A stretch of DNA of 62,060 nt, filler included, from Sphacelaria rigidula (lineage: Eukaryota), in the NCBI GenBank assembly GCA_964200075.2. It is 11 parts of 11 records of this genome, joined end to end, with 100 filler letters (N's around TTAATTAATTAA, not from the genome) between each part and the next. Parts side by side here need not be neighbours in the genome. Positions count along the whole stretch, not along the records: positions 22,605 to 28,155 come from CAXNAA020026398.1; positions 28,256 to 33,806 come from CAXNAA020026399.1; positions 33,907 to 39,457 come from CAXNAA020026400.1; 8 more parts are not named here. One strand, given 5' to 3'. Below, piece after piece: positions 23,200-35,071 of the stretch. Below the pieces are notes generated by a model. It saw nothing but the letters and a program-made list of their open reading frames with translations, did not search any database and was not told the DNA's origin. The translations under genes were made by a program, and so were the position numbers. Within the stretch, counting starts at the first letter, position 1. Every line of letters begins with the position of its first letter.

Positions 23200-24337
23200 C
23201 ACTGCAGTGCATGTCGATACCGGAGGAAAATAGTAGGGCCGATTCGGTCAGGAGCGTTTGGGCAGCGGCCGCCGGAGCGACAAAAGATCTAGCGTAGTGC
23301 GCCATTTTTGCGTCACTTTTGCCTTCGTCTCTGATGCATTGACCGCCTCATAAAAACGTGGGTTATGCGAAGAGCGTGGCGTCTGATCCCCTACTTGATG
23401 CGCACAGGGACGAGATACAGGCCTTGATGGCACTCACTCACGTGTGTTTTCGATGCAGAACTGGGATCGACCCGACACCCGTATCTCTCTCTATACATAT
23501 CGAAGCGGCTGGGTTGACGAGAGGAGGAAGAAGGGAGAGTGTGACCTATTTTTCGGGAACCTCATTTTTTCACGTGGCTTTCCTGGAATGAAAGCCTGAC
23601 CACACAAACAGTTAATCATTTTCACTTTTTTTGCTTTTTCCCTCCCTGAAAATCTGACCATTCCCGACTTTCCACGCCTGCACTTGCGGAATAAGCTGTT
23701 CCTAGCAAGCGAGCCCAAGATTGGAATATTGAGCGACATTAATGCTCACTGTTTTTCTTTTGCCCTATCGGCGGATGGGGAGGTCTCCGGCTGTGTTAGG
23801 ACGTGCTACTCTTCACAAGAATCTTCCGATGTCTCTTGCACGACAAACATCCTTCCCCCCTTCCCCTCCCCCCCGAAGAAAAAAAAAGTTGGAGGTGTCT
23901 CCATTAGGAGTAGGAACAGTGCTCCGTCTCGAACGGAATGCGTGGTCAACGGTCAAACGACTAAGGCAAGCAACAAATGACTACGCCCCTCCCCCTCCCC
24001 CCCGAAAAAACGAACATGAACAAAAAAAAGGAAAAGGAGCGGGAAATGATGACTTTACAGTAGTGGTAGAAATGCCCCGGAGCACTACTACATGTGTAAT
24101 GCCACTTTCGCAGTATGTTTATACATACTACAGGGTACTACTGCGTCCCAAATCACGGCCACGACTGCAGGGAAAGGTCGAATTGTGCGTTTTATCGGTG
24201 GCCGGGTGGTCGGGTGGTCCGTTGATGTGGTGGTGGGTTGTTTTGTTTCGTTTTAATTTTTGTTTCTCTTGTCGTTGCGATTCTTTTCTTCGTCTTTTTT
24301 ATTTTTATTAATCATGGCGGTTGAATGAAAATGACAG

Positions 24338-24468
24338 ATTGACTTTTCGGGTAGCCAAGGCGGTGCGCCTATCGAACCCTTCGTCACGCCGCTTCTCGCG
24401 GAGCTGTCAACGGCCGCGTTCGGCACGCTGGGGCTCGCGATGACCTCTGCCGGGAACAAGACGCAAAG
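24338..24468 (+). CDS. MMS19: MMS19 homologue, exon B
   Basis: GACAG acceptor, AG|GTGAGT donor; IDFSGSQGGAPIEPFVTPLLAELSTAAF; phase 0 in, phase 2 out. Confidence 0.72.
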
Positions 24469-24649
24469 GTGAGTCTTTGAGGCGCGAGTCTCACTTTTTG
24501 AAGCACAGGGGCAGGGGCAAAGGCAAGACAGATGGACTGTGGCTGCGGGAACTGACACGCGGGTACCGCAAGATACGGTGTCCTGTTGTGGTGCCAAACA
24601 TAAGGGAAATGTCATGATCCAGGGGTGTTTTTTGGGGGGTGATATACTG

Positions 24650-24908
24650 GGTATACTCAGGCTCAGGTCTGGCTTTTTTTGCTTTTGTTTTTTTGTCATC
24701 TCTTGCTATTTTTATTCCTCTACTCTGTTTCTCGGTTTGCACTTCTTGTTTTTTTTTCTCCTGTATTTTTTTCTTCAGCGAGTGTGCGTTTCGGTTTTGA
24801 TTACCTTGGGGTCAGTACGTCTACCTTGTGGATAATGACCACGGCTGGATCATGACTCCTCGGTGATCAGGTAATGTGCGACAATTTGTCAATCAATTAA
24901 TCAATCAG
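24650..24908 (+). mobile_element. 3' end of a non-LTR retroelement family with an (ATCA)n tail; relatives at 18142-18200, 25165-25265 and 52140-52288
   Basis: T-rich body, then CCACGGCTGGA...GTGCGACAAT and AATC/ATCA repeats in several contigs. Confidence 0.6.
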
Positions 24909-26582
24909 CTGATGCCCCTGCAGTACAAGTGTCCAAGCGTCGTCGCGACGAGATGAGCGTGCTTGAGGAAATAACGGGAAATGCTCTTTGAAAGGGAAAA
25001 CTCGAGAAAAAAGGCGTAGAAGAAGGAAGAAGAAAAAAACCGGAGGGAGTATGCCTGATCTTCAAGTCGTCGATGCCTACGATCAATCACAATATGATTC
25101 ATCCAAATAAATATTCAGCATGCTGAATGTACTATGGCATACATGTTTTGCTTTTCCTTCACGTCTTGGTCTACTATGTCGTTCTGTTCGAGTTTTTCTG
25201 TTCCTTCTTTTTTCTTCAGCGAATGTTTTTTGTTTTGTTTTTTCTTGTGACCACGGCTGGATAATTTATTAATACATATGTGTGTATGCTGGAAATAAAT
25301 TGAAAAAAAAACTACACTGCTACACAACAATGTCATGGCATAACACGATTCAAATCGTACGCCTATTTTTTTTTGTCATTGCGTTTAGAACATCATTAGT
25401 TCATTTCAAGTGAATGGAACAAGGAATGAAGTTGAGTTAACAGCACTCAACCACGTGCCAACACCAAGCTGCAGCTCCAGAGAGGGTACGTGGATGCTCT
25501 GGCATAGGAAACCAGGGTACGAAGTGGTACCGTATGGGTTTCTAGAGGAAATAAAAATAAAAATGGATTACTCGGTATTTTTCGGGAGGCGATGCCTCCA
25601 GCGCCCTGGGATACTGTACTGTACTCAGTACTTGATACCTGCCATGGCGAGCTCCTCCTTACTGTGTGATATGAAGTGAGCACTCCTCCCTTGATTGATG
25701 TAGATTGTCGTTTGTTATTAGTCATCAACCAGAGGTCTGACATTGTGTTTGGCCGCCCGGGCATACTGCAATGGTACATTTTGATATGGCTATATTACCC
25801 CCGCTTGCAGGATGAGGGTTTACATACAGTAGGGGAGTAGTGAAAAGAACCTGGGTTATGATCCAAATCACAGCCCGTCTCGTAGGGGAGAGTTTGGTGA
25901 AGTCGCGCGAGAGTCTGTGGGAAAGATATGTGTCTGTGTGTAGAGATTTCAGTACGTCTTGCACTCAACTAATGATCTTTTTTGGTGTGAAATGAGACGT
26001 GGTTGGTAACTCCCCCCTCCTCCTGAAGGGCTGCTCCGTCTCGGAAGGGATTCGTGTTCAATGGTCAAACGACTGCGGCGTGCAACAAACGAGCACCTGT
26101 GGGGGGGCGTGGTGCGAGGTCAATAGTTTGATGACTAGGGCATACAAGATCATAAATACCCACCCACACCCACCCCACACACCCCTATCCCCCGCCCGCC
26201 CGCGTCCCCGCCTTCACAAAAAAAGTGTTTTATTTTTGTCAAATTCATCACCCAGGCATGAAATCGAAAAAAAACAAGGACGCTGATCGCTGACAACGTA
26301 AACCAGGCCACAGCAACATCTCGAACAAACGCAAAATATTTCTGTTTGAAATCTTTCGTTCATGTTTTGGGCTGTCGTACATTTTTCAGTATCTTATTAC
26401 GTGGGGATATTATGGGGGGGAAATTTGTTTTTTGTTTTTGTTATATTTTTTCTACCCGTGTGGAAGGTTCTTCGTCGAGTGGGGTATGTTCTTGTAGTGT
26501 AGAAGAGAGCGGGCGACGTTTTTCAATCTTGATGTTTAGTCAGCCGTCGCTCCCCCGCCCCCCACTCACCCTTCATGCTTAG

Positions 26583-27145
26583 CCTGGTCCGGCGAGAACC
26601 TGGCGTGAATGTTCCGGCTTTGTAGGGATTGATCTCCCATAGGGCTGGCGTCGGTTGGCAATGGCGCTGTAAAACACGCCACTCACTGCGTAAACTAGGC
26701 AACCAGGTTACAGTTGTTTCTGCGCGCTTGCGTTTTTATTGCGGTAGCCGTGATGGTAGTCGAGCTAGATCATGTCATGCGGCGTGGGAGAACCTGAACT
26801 CCGCTCAATGGGGATGATCGTACTACGTAGTGTTCAAATGGTGAGACACCCATCAGGCAGTGTAGAAGCCATGGCTGTCTCTGGAAGTGGCAATGCCAGA
26901 AAAATGAGGCAACTCATTGCAGGCTGTCATTCATATGCAAGATAATCAGTATGCTTCGAGCAGAATAATCTTAGCAGGATGCAGGTCACCCTTGATGCGA
27001 CTCGCCGAATACATCGCGGCGCGTCCCGCTTGGTGATTGAGTGCGAGTCTGGTCCGGCGAAAACGCGGCGTGTTCCGTTCCGGCTTTGTAGGGATGCGAG
27101 GTCAATGGTCTTATGACTATGGCATGCATGATCATGAGTACACCC
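26583..27145 (+). mobile_element. Unclassified interspersed repeat (~560 bp); partial copies at 32165-32262, 39564-39619 and 44814-45108
   Basis: ~300 bp collinear with 44814-45108; internal direct repeat CTGGTCCGGCGA...CCGGCTTTGTAGGGA at 26584 and 27049; common end GCATGCATGATCATGAGT. Confidence 0.85.
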
Positions 27146-27200
27146 CCCTGCCCCCCCCCGACACATTCACACACACAACACTTGCACTTCTGCGCAGCAG

Positions 27201-27482
27201 GGACTCGCTGACGACATCCGTGGTGTCGTACAACATCGCAGCGATCTGCATCGCTGTGAAGGGGCTAAGCGATCTCATCACCCGCCCGCCCGTCCCGGTG
27301 TTGGGAGCGGAGACCGTGAGGGACGTGGTCTGCGGCTTGGCTCAGGCGCTTACGAGGCCTGAAGCTTGGTCTCACGAGCTTGTCGGGGCGGGGGAATGCG
27401 TGAAGAAATGGGCGATGACAGGGAAGGGAAAAGTGCGGGTAGAGGATGGTACGGGTGCGTTTGCGGTCCTCGGTGCCCTTCG
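27201..27482 (+). CDS. MMS19: MMS19 homologue, exon C
   Basis: CAGCAG acceptor, CG|GTGAGA donor, phase 2/2; AAICIAVKGLSDLITRPPVPVLGAETVRDVVCGLAQAL fits a HEAT helix pair in the expected order. Confidence 0.72.
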
Positions 27483-27828
27483 GTGAGAGGTGTTTTTTTT
27501 TCTCGTGCGTTTTTTTTTTTTTCTCTTCATTTTTTTAACTCTACGGGTACTTGTTTCGTGTTTTTGATACTGGTGTTTGTTGTGTTTAATTGTTCATGGT
27601 ATTTTACGGTCTTTTGTTTTGTCTTTTTTTGCCGTTATAATTCAATTATGTTGTTGTCTTTTGTCACTGTGTCTCATATCGTTGGCATCGTCACAGTCCA
27701 ATATAGTTGTGTTGTCATTATCCAAGGCGGTTGTTGTCGTCGTTGCCGTGAGCCATTGTTGTTTTCCCTGTCGCTAGCACGATACAATTTTTCCTTCTAC
27801 TGCTTGTTTTTCACGAACGATCACGCAG

Positions 27829-28091
27829 GGCAATCGGTCTCCGGCGGCCAGAATACGCACAGGTCGTCCTCGACACTGCCACACCTCCCCTGCTAGCCCA
27901 GCTCACCCGCCCTTCCGGCAACACCCAAACGACGCGTACCGACGGAGACAGTTGCGCCGGCAATCGAGCAGCAACCCCGACGCACGGGGTGGAGGCTGCA
28001 TTTGGCGGGGTAGATCGTGCGCTGTCGACCCTCGCAGAACTTAGCGAGTTGCCGGAAGTCTTTGCTGTAGCAGTACCAGCGATGCTAGCAG
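27829..28091 (+). CDS. MMS19: MMS19 homologue, exon D
   Basis: GCAG acceptor, G|GTGAGG donor, in phase; AIGLRRPEYAQVVLDTATPPLLAQL...ALSTLAELSELPEVFAVAVPAMLA (cf. recalled LQALSAVSTHPSIVKETLPLLL). Confidence 0.72.
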
Positions 28092-28584
28092 GTGAGGGTT
28101 TTCGGCGAGTGTTCCCGACGGGAGGGCACCATCTTAGGAGGCGGGGGGGCGGGGGNNNNNNNNNNNNNNNNNNNNNNNNNNNNNNNNNNNNNNNNNNNNT
28201 TAATTAATTAANNNNNNNNNNNNNNNNNNNNNNNNNNNNNNNNNNNNNNNNNNNNCTATCGGCATCCCGGCAGTGTCATTCGTTTTTCGTTTTTATGTGG
28301 GATGTTCGGAAGAAGCAGCGTGTTCGATCTGCGGTTTTGATGTCGCGTGTGGGATTTGACGCCCGGGCGCCGTCGTGCACTAAGGATGGCGTCGGTGTGG
28401 TCTTGGGTGCGTCCACGTTCTGTTGCTCTTCAGTTTTATTTTAAACATACACATTGTTGCTGTACTTTGTTCGCATGCCCCGCGAGCATGTTGATCGTTG
28501 TGTGTACCAAGCCGCTGAACCCAAGGTATTTCGACTTGTTTCGCATTTTGGTTTAGATTCGTTCTCGTCTTCCATGCTCGGCAG

Positions 28585-28704
28585 GATTTTTGCATCGACA
28601 ACTTCATGCCCTGGGAGGTGGTGCCTTGTGAGCAGCGGCCAAATTTTATCTACGAGCTAGACGAAAACGGCAGGGCGTACGATGACGTTTACGAGCTACG
28701 CAAG
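28585..28704 (+). CDS. Unidentified spliced protein, exon 1 of 4 visible
   Basis: GCAG acceptor, AAG|GTACGT donor, 120 bp: DFCIDNFMPWEVVPCEQRPNFIYELDENGRAYDDVYELRK. Confidence 0.65.
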
Positions 28705-28950
28705 GTACGTGAGTTGATCCAGCGCTTCGTGTCAGAAGGCTCTGTGCTCCGAAGCCCCCCCCCGCGTATGTGCTGTCCTCGATATTCTCCAGCATGTCGT
28801 TGCCGAGGAGGCCGGAATGAGAATATGTGCATCATAACCCCGGTTGTGGATGTGCAGATGTTCGGACGTTGCCAGGAGCTGACTGCTGGGAAGATGAATC
28901 AATCTAAATTGGCGACGTGATGAGTTTCGGATTTGTCTGAGGTCCGAGAG

Positions 28951-29987
28951 CCCTTTTGGGACCGGGCCTCCAGAACGACCAATGAGGCTGGTCAGGAATG
29001 ACGTTTCTGGCGTCTACACGAAACAGTGGCGTGTTGCTGAAAATCCGCGTATGTATCCGCAGGGTTACGACAAGCCGAATTTTTCATCCAATCTATTCTC
29101 AGGCGCAGGGTGCGCATTAGATTATGTACATCTGATGTAGCAAGCCGTATGGGTCGTGGTAAAGATCTTCCAACAGAATGCGGCGACCGGCGGGCCGCCC
29201 GCCACTTGTGGCTTTGGATTTTAGTTTTGCCCCCATCACCTTGCCACACAGCCCTTTGTGGTCGCGGTGGGCCGCCATTTCCCCCCTTGTCGCATGCGGC
29301 AAATATTCTCTTCGAAGGGTATCAGCATTGCAGCGTGCATTCATACAACAGTATAGTGCAGTACACTGTAGTGCACCTCTCCGACTGAAGCAGCAGCTGC
29401 CGCTGCATGCTCCCTTGCACGTTCTGGGCAATGCTCAGCTACCGAAATCAGCTGCCTATATACAGCTTTTTGTCATCCCCGTCCATTACATACCTGTGGA
29501 CTGAACACTGCAAGTCATCGGCAGAGGGATACGCAGAATTCATGACGGTAGCTCCTGTTGTCTTTCCACAGCCCACCTAGATTTTGTGCCTCGTGAAAAT
29601 GACCACATTGTGGCATGTGCACTCCTTCCCGTTTTTTCCGCTCCACCTGTGTTAGTGTAAATTACTACGTTTCAGTATAGGTTTGGGACCCAAATAGCAC
29701 TCGGGAAAAACTCGGGAACGGTACACTGAGTGCAAGTGATACCATAAAACCAAGCTGCGACCACCCTGCATTTGGAAACCTCGGGAGGCTTATCTGGGCC
29801 AGGGATAGGGTCCCCACACGATCTTTGCAGTGGCATCACATCCGACAACAATCTTCGCGCTGGTCGTTCGGGTCTGGTCGATAAATTCCGCCTCGCCGTG
29901 ATTGGGCAGGTCGCTCGAAGACTTATTTTTCATCATTCTACTGACACAGGGTCAACCCTGTGTTGTGGGGGTCCGGTCCCAAAAGGG
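28951..29987. mobile_element. piggyBac-like non-autonomous element (intronic)
   Basis: TIR CCCTTTTGGGACCGG perfect for 15 bp and similar for ~25 bp; TTAA at the right flank (29988-29991), but the left flank lacks TTAA. Confidence 0.65.
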
Positions 29988-30516
29988 TTAATATGACGAC
30001 TGTCGGAGTGTTTGGTGACTAACCCACACCCCATAGAAAGGGAGAGGGAAGGATCAAGTCACTCGACGACTGTCTACCGTGCGTGCTGGGCCTCTTCTGG
30101 GGTACTGCAGTTTTGTCGCCCGATTTTTTAGCGGCAGTTTGGGTAGTGTGATGTTATTTGACTTCGCCAAAACTAGATGGGGCGGGGTGGGGGCTGGGAA
30201 ATGCGAGCCTTTTTTCTCCGGTCGTCGTTTCTGTGGCGAGCGTTTTTGTACAGCTTCGGAATTCTCATGCGTATGCCTTGTGCACCATCGTTTTCCAGCG
30301 GCTTTTTCTGTTTTTTACCCGCGTGTTAATGTCTCGGGGCGTTTTTTATACTGTGAGGTAACACTGGCCGAGTACTGTAGCTTTTTCGACTTGGGCTGCC
30401 CAAGTCGACCCGGGCTGAGTCGACTCCGCTGATTCGTGCTCAGTGCCTCTGCTTTCCTTGTTTCACTCGTTCCCCCCCCCCCTGCTTGATGATCTCTCTA
30501 TTCTCTCTGAAAACAG

Positions 30517-30635
30517 GCGAAAATAGTGGACTTCAATGGGGTGCGCGAATGGGTGCCTTACTATGAGATGATCACATACGAGGATATGCTGGATGTGGAT
30601 AATCTGAGCAGCTGGCTACTTTCGCTCGAATCAAA
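30517..30635 (+). CDS. Unidentified spliced protein, exon 2
   Basis: Pyrimidine tract + ACAG acceptor, AA|GTGAGC donor: AKIVDFNGVREWVPYYEMITYEDMLDVDNLSSWLLSLES; phase 0 in, 2 out. Confidence 0.7.
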
Positions 30636-30832
30636 GTGAGCGATCAGCTGGAGAAAAGCCAATATGCCAAATCCGGGGGAAATCCCGTATGACAAACGCC
30701 ACAAGAGGGGTGTTGTTTCAACATTAAGTTGTGTGTCTAGTGCAGAGATTCGTGAAACATTTTGCTCCAATCGAGAACACACCACGACGATTTTTTTATC
30801 ATAATTCGTACAGCACCAAAACTCAAAACCTT

Positions 30833-31600
30833 CTAGGTTGTATTCTGTAGGGCACGATTTTTTGGACACCGGGGACGTTCGCCCGTGTATTACCCGTACT
30901 CCACAGCTCTGTGACCTCTGTCAGCCATCTATACCCGCACCCGACAATGACGTAAGTTATGTGCGAAATGTTTACCCTTGCCCGGGGTACGGGTATAACC
31001 TTCGTAGGAATATCCGGTTGCGGGTGAGGGTTTCTGTACAACCTTCGTACCGTACCCCGAGCGATTCTGCAAGTGCTGTAAGGACTATCATAACTCTACC
31101 GACAGTGCTCGTACCCGATAAAACACAACCTTGGATTTGTTTCCTCTTCAACCGTCCGCGGGTGAAACAAATGATCAAAACCAAACCCACATCCGAGTAT
31201 GCGCACACACCACAATGTGTCGAAGCATGCTTTTGGAATATTCCGAGGCTGTGTTGGTCTGTAAGCTACAAGTTTTGCGCATACACGGGTTATACCCGTA
31301 CTCGACAGGTTCTTTGAGTTTTACAAGCCTCTCATACCGGTACCTGATCATTCTCTTGGTACTGCAATGTCAGCCTGCCATGCTGGTACCTGCCAGTTGT
31401 GTACGATATGCACGAAGTGTTGATCCTTTCTTTGGGTAGAGGTATATCCTTTTAGAAATACCCGGTTGTGTGAAGGGGTTCCTGTACAATCCTCGTATCG
31501 TACCCGACCGGTTGTGCAAGTTCTGTAAGATCTCATCCGCGGTACCCGACAGCTGTGTTAGAAATCTCTATATCCCCGCACCCTACAGAACTCAACTTGG
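30833..31600. mobile_element. Two tandem MITE copies rich in GTACCCG motifs (about 30833-31134 and 31243-31600)
   Basis: Degenerate TIR consensus CCAAGGTTGTGTTCTGTAGGG at all four ends; the two bodies are collinear. Confidence 0.65.
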
Positions 31601-31661
31601 AGATTTTTCATCATCAGTCGTGAATATTGGAATGTCAGGCTTCTAGGATACATATCATCAG

Positions 31662-31838
31662 CCCTCTTCATTCTGGTGAGAGAGTTCAAACAGTTCTGGG
31701 CGTAACGCACATGTATGGGGGGTGTATCGTTATCCTTTGGGACAGGTATGGATTGGCAGGACATCACAGCAGGCTTCCGGGAGAAGGAGAAGCTGTGTGG
31801 ATGGCAGAAAAAGCCGAAGAGATGTACTACACCAACAG
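31662..31838 (+). CDS. Unidentified spliced protein, exon 3
   Basis: CAG acceptor (alternative in-frame TAG 15 nt upstream), AG|GTACGG donor, phase 2/2: PLHSGERVQTVLGVTHMYGGCIVILWDRYG...EEMYYTN. Confidence 0.68.
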
Positions 31839-31956
31839 GTACGGATTTGGATCCTCGCAAGAGACGATCCGATATATTTGAATCATTTGAATATATTTGA
31901 ACGAAGACAAAGGTTGTGTAGCTAGTGAAGTCTTATTCCTGACGTTCGTTTCTTAA

Positions 31957-32116
31957 CCGTTTGAGGACCGAACTCCCAGAAACATATTGTTTGCGAGTAG
32001 CGGCCTTGTTGTGAAGCGGCATCATTTTTACTTGAAAACGACTCGAAATGATGCCGATTCACAACAAGGTCCTCACGTGCAAACACCATGGTTCTGGGAG
32101 TCCAGTCTCAGAAGGG
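31957..32116. mobile_element. 160-bp piggyBac-like MITE with an internal palindrome; core also at 17508-17560 and 39184-39280
   Basis: TTAA|CCGTTTGAGGACCGAACTCCCAGAA ... TTCTGGGAGTCCAGTCTCAGAAGGG|TTAT; core GTGAA(T/G)CGGCATCA...TGATGCCGATTCAC. Confidence 0.7.
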
Positions 32117-32313
32117 TTATTACGCGGATATCTTCAACTCCAGGAAGATCGATTCGTACAAAATGTTCTGGTCCGGCGAAAACCCAGCGTGTACCGTCCC
32201 GGCTTTGTAGGGATGCGAGGTCGATGGTCTCATGACTTATGGCATGCATGATCATGAGTGCACCCCTCCGCCCCTCTCCCGCCACCGACCTTCGTTTTCA
32301 TCTCCACGTACAG

Positions 32314-32638
32314 TAATAGCAGGTGCAATGCTGAGATGTCGAATTATATCCTCGACCATCGAGATAGGCACCTTAACAGCAGCAGTGTTGTTGAGGGTTT
32401 CGACGACCACGTGCTCACTCGCCTTCTGCACCCACCCATCCCATGTTACCGTACCTTTGCTTCGCGTTTGTCACTTGTTCGCAGCGCACATTGCATGCCC
32501 GACTGCGAAATGGGAGTACAGCTCGACGCGTTAGAAATGATGAACGAAATGTTCGACGTCGAGCTAGAGGCATCCATAGGTTACCACAAGATCACGCCGC
32601 ACGAAGAAAGGGTCGCGAAATCATGCCCTTCTTGTTGA
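32314..32638 (+). CDS. Unidentified spliced protein, terminal exon
   Basis: Pyrimidine tract + ACAG acceptor (in-frame alternative at 32323), in phase with exon 3; ends ...EERVAKSCPSC-TGA. Confidence 0.68.
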
Positions 32639-32896
32639 CCAGTGGGTTGCATCAGATCGTAGGCATGCGTCGTAGACAGACCGGACGGGTGCGAGGACGA
32701 CAGGGTGCTCAAGAGGGCGGTTGTTGTATTGCATGAGAGAATACTCCATAGAAACAACGCGAACTAGAAACATTGCGGTGGCATTCGCGAAGGACAAGCA
32801 ATCGTTTGTGGTACCAACACACCTCACCAGAAAGCAATTTGTCCCATAGGTCCAAAAATGACAACGCGGGGTGAAACTTACAGGGTTGAGTTTTTA

Positions 32897-32897
<1 letters not shown>

Positions 32898-32944
<47 letters not shown>
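32898..32944 (+). repeat. (GCT)n microsatellite
   Basis: About 15 GCT units. Confidence 0.95.
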
Positions 32945-33924
32945 AATCTGATTGCGCTTTCTAGGGCAGCGTTGTTAGTCACGGTAGGGATATCCGGTAA
33001 GAAATGTTCCCGCTCGTCAGTCGAGCAGGCCATTCGAGCGCAGGTAGCTTTGTAGCGGGTCCGTTGCGCTTTTCCACTGATCTTGAATCCGAAGCTCAAG
33101 ATCTAAAACGTGATCACTTGGGAGAGCGTGCAAGACCTGATTTCGGCTGTCTTCATCATACCCTGGATCATCGAATACATAGTCAAGAAGTGTCCTGCGT
33201 ACAGTATCGACTCTTGCCCCTTGCAACAGACAATAGATTTCATACTGTACGCAGTACATTTTCACAATAGAATCCATTGTCTACGGTGTGGTCCTTACGA
33301 GCTTTGGATTGACTGGTACATGCGTGGACTTACCTGAGTAAACAAGGAACGCCAATTTGCTATGCAAAAGACCGGGACCTTCAGGTGTGGCTCGAGAGTG
33401 CTACGTTCCCATTTGCTGTGAGCGGGTGAATCCACGTAGTGTGGGAGGCAATGCATTTGACAAGTCTTTGCGATCCTTTTATCCAGCCATAACACGTAAC
33501 ACGAAAGGTGGTACATGTACATGAGCCCATTATAGTACATTGTTTGAAAGTTCTGGAGAGCGGCTCCTCAGGAGCTGCTTTTCAGAGTAGCTAAAAATAT
33601 TGCAGTATGAGGTCAGACCGTGGCCCTTGAAACCAAGAACTGGTTATGCACTACAAATCATTTTATAGTTGGAGTGGGCGTGTCAGGTACATCAAACAAT
33701 GTTTTCGTGAGATTGAGAATCTACGATACGATTGAGAGCAGGCTTTTCATGGCTTTCAGCGGCCGGGTGTGTCTGCATCATTAATGGACAAAACGCTTAC
33801 CTCGCANNNNNNNNNNNNNNNNNNNNNNNNNNNNNNNNNNNNNNNNNNNNTTAATTAATTAANNNNNNNNNNNNNNNNNNNNNNNNNNNNNNNNNNNNNN
33901 NNNNNNCCCCCCCCCCCAATCGTA

Positions 33925-35021
33925 GGATGACTCTGAAGTTTGGCACAGAAGACGAGACCACTGCCTGCCCGCTTGCTTGATCCCGGAAATAGATTTTTCC
34001 AGCTTCACGGTCATGTCTGTCAAAACGGAGCAACCTTCAGGCAACCTCATGTACACGTCGGTATCCATCTCTGCTTGAATGAAAGCCTGAGTCACGTCAA
34101 AATGATACAGCGGCCGCTCTTCCTGAACTGCCACTGCCATGACCAGTTTGATGGAGGCCATGGAGGGCGTTGCCGCGAAAGTCTCGAAATAGTCGACTGC
34201 AAAACGGTGTCCAAATCCTCGTTCTACCAACCTTGCCTTTGCCTTCGTTACAGTACCATCTGCGTCAGTCTTTCAACTAGAACCTCACTTCGCTGGAATC
34301 ACTTTTACTCCTTCCGGTACAGGGCCAGTGGAAAATGTTCCAGCCTTTTCATGACCTCCTAGTTCGGCCTGCATTGCACCTAACCATGCCTGTTGAAATA
34401 TGGTTTTGCGATGTTATCCGTACTGGTTGGTGCTGTCTCTATTTCGCTTACATGTAGGCCAACCGGTGAACGCATACCGAATTTAGGCCGCCCTACTCTG
34501 TTGTCCTTAGCAGCAAAACCAAAGAACTCATTTTCGGCTAACTCGTGATGGGTCGAAGCGATTGCGTCTTGTCCGGTCACCTGTCCTGCTGCCGCGGTGA
34601 TCATCACCATGGTTAAGCATTTGCCCTCCACCATTCCCGCTAGCGCCATCTCCGCTTCTCTTTTTCTCTCCTCCGCCCCGCTAGCCACCAGCATTTCGCC
34701 TCGTCGTGCGTGTGCCGACCCCCTGGCCTCGCGCGTTTGGCTCCTCGTACGTCCCGCCCTTGATATTGGTAACCGGTCGGCCCACGCAAGACGGCATTGA
34801 TCGGTCCTCAGGAGTTCAGGAGCGTCGCCGCCCCTCCCGCCGTCTTGCGAGGGGCCCGTGGAAGAGATTGACAGTGCGGGCGACGAGGGGGTGTCCGATG
34901 CCCATGTGAGCATCGGCGTAGGTGTCGGCGTCGACGTAGGTGTCGGCGTCTGCGCTGGTGTCAGCGTCAGCGTAAGTATCGGCGTCTGCGCTGGTGTCGG
35001 CGTCGACGCTGATGTTTGCGT

Positions 35022-35071
<50 letters not shown>

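Noticed and set aside
22553..23305. Proline-rich/formin-like ORF on the minus strand
   Set aside because: Produced by the poly-G tract plus the antisense of a real plus-strand exon.
32258..33540. KDZ/Zisupton transposase suggested by CPSC
   Set aside because: No DGNF or YDxxC motifs follow; CPSC is the C-terminus of the spliced gene. The minus-strand ORFs at 33017-33540 could not be assigned.
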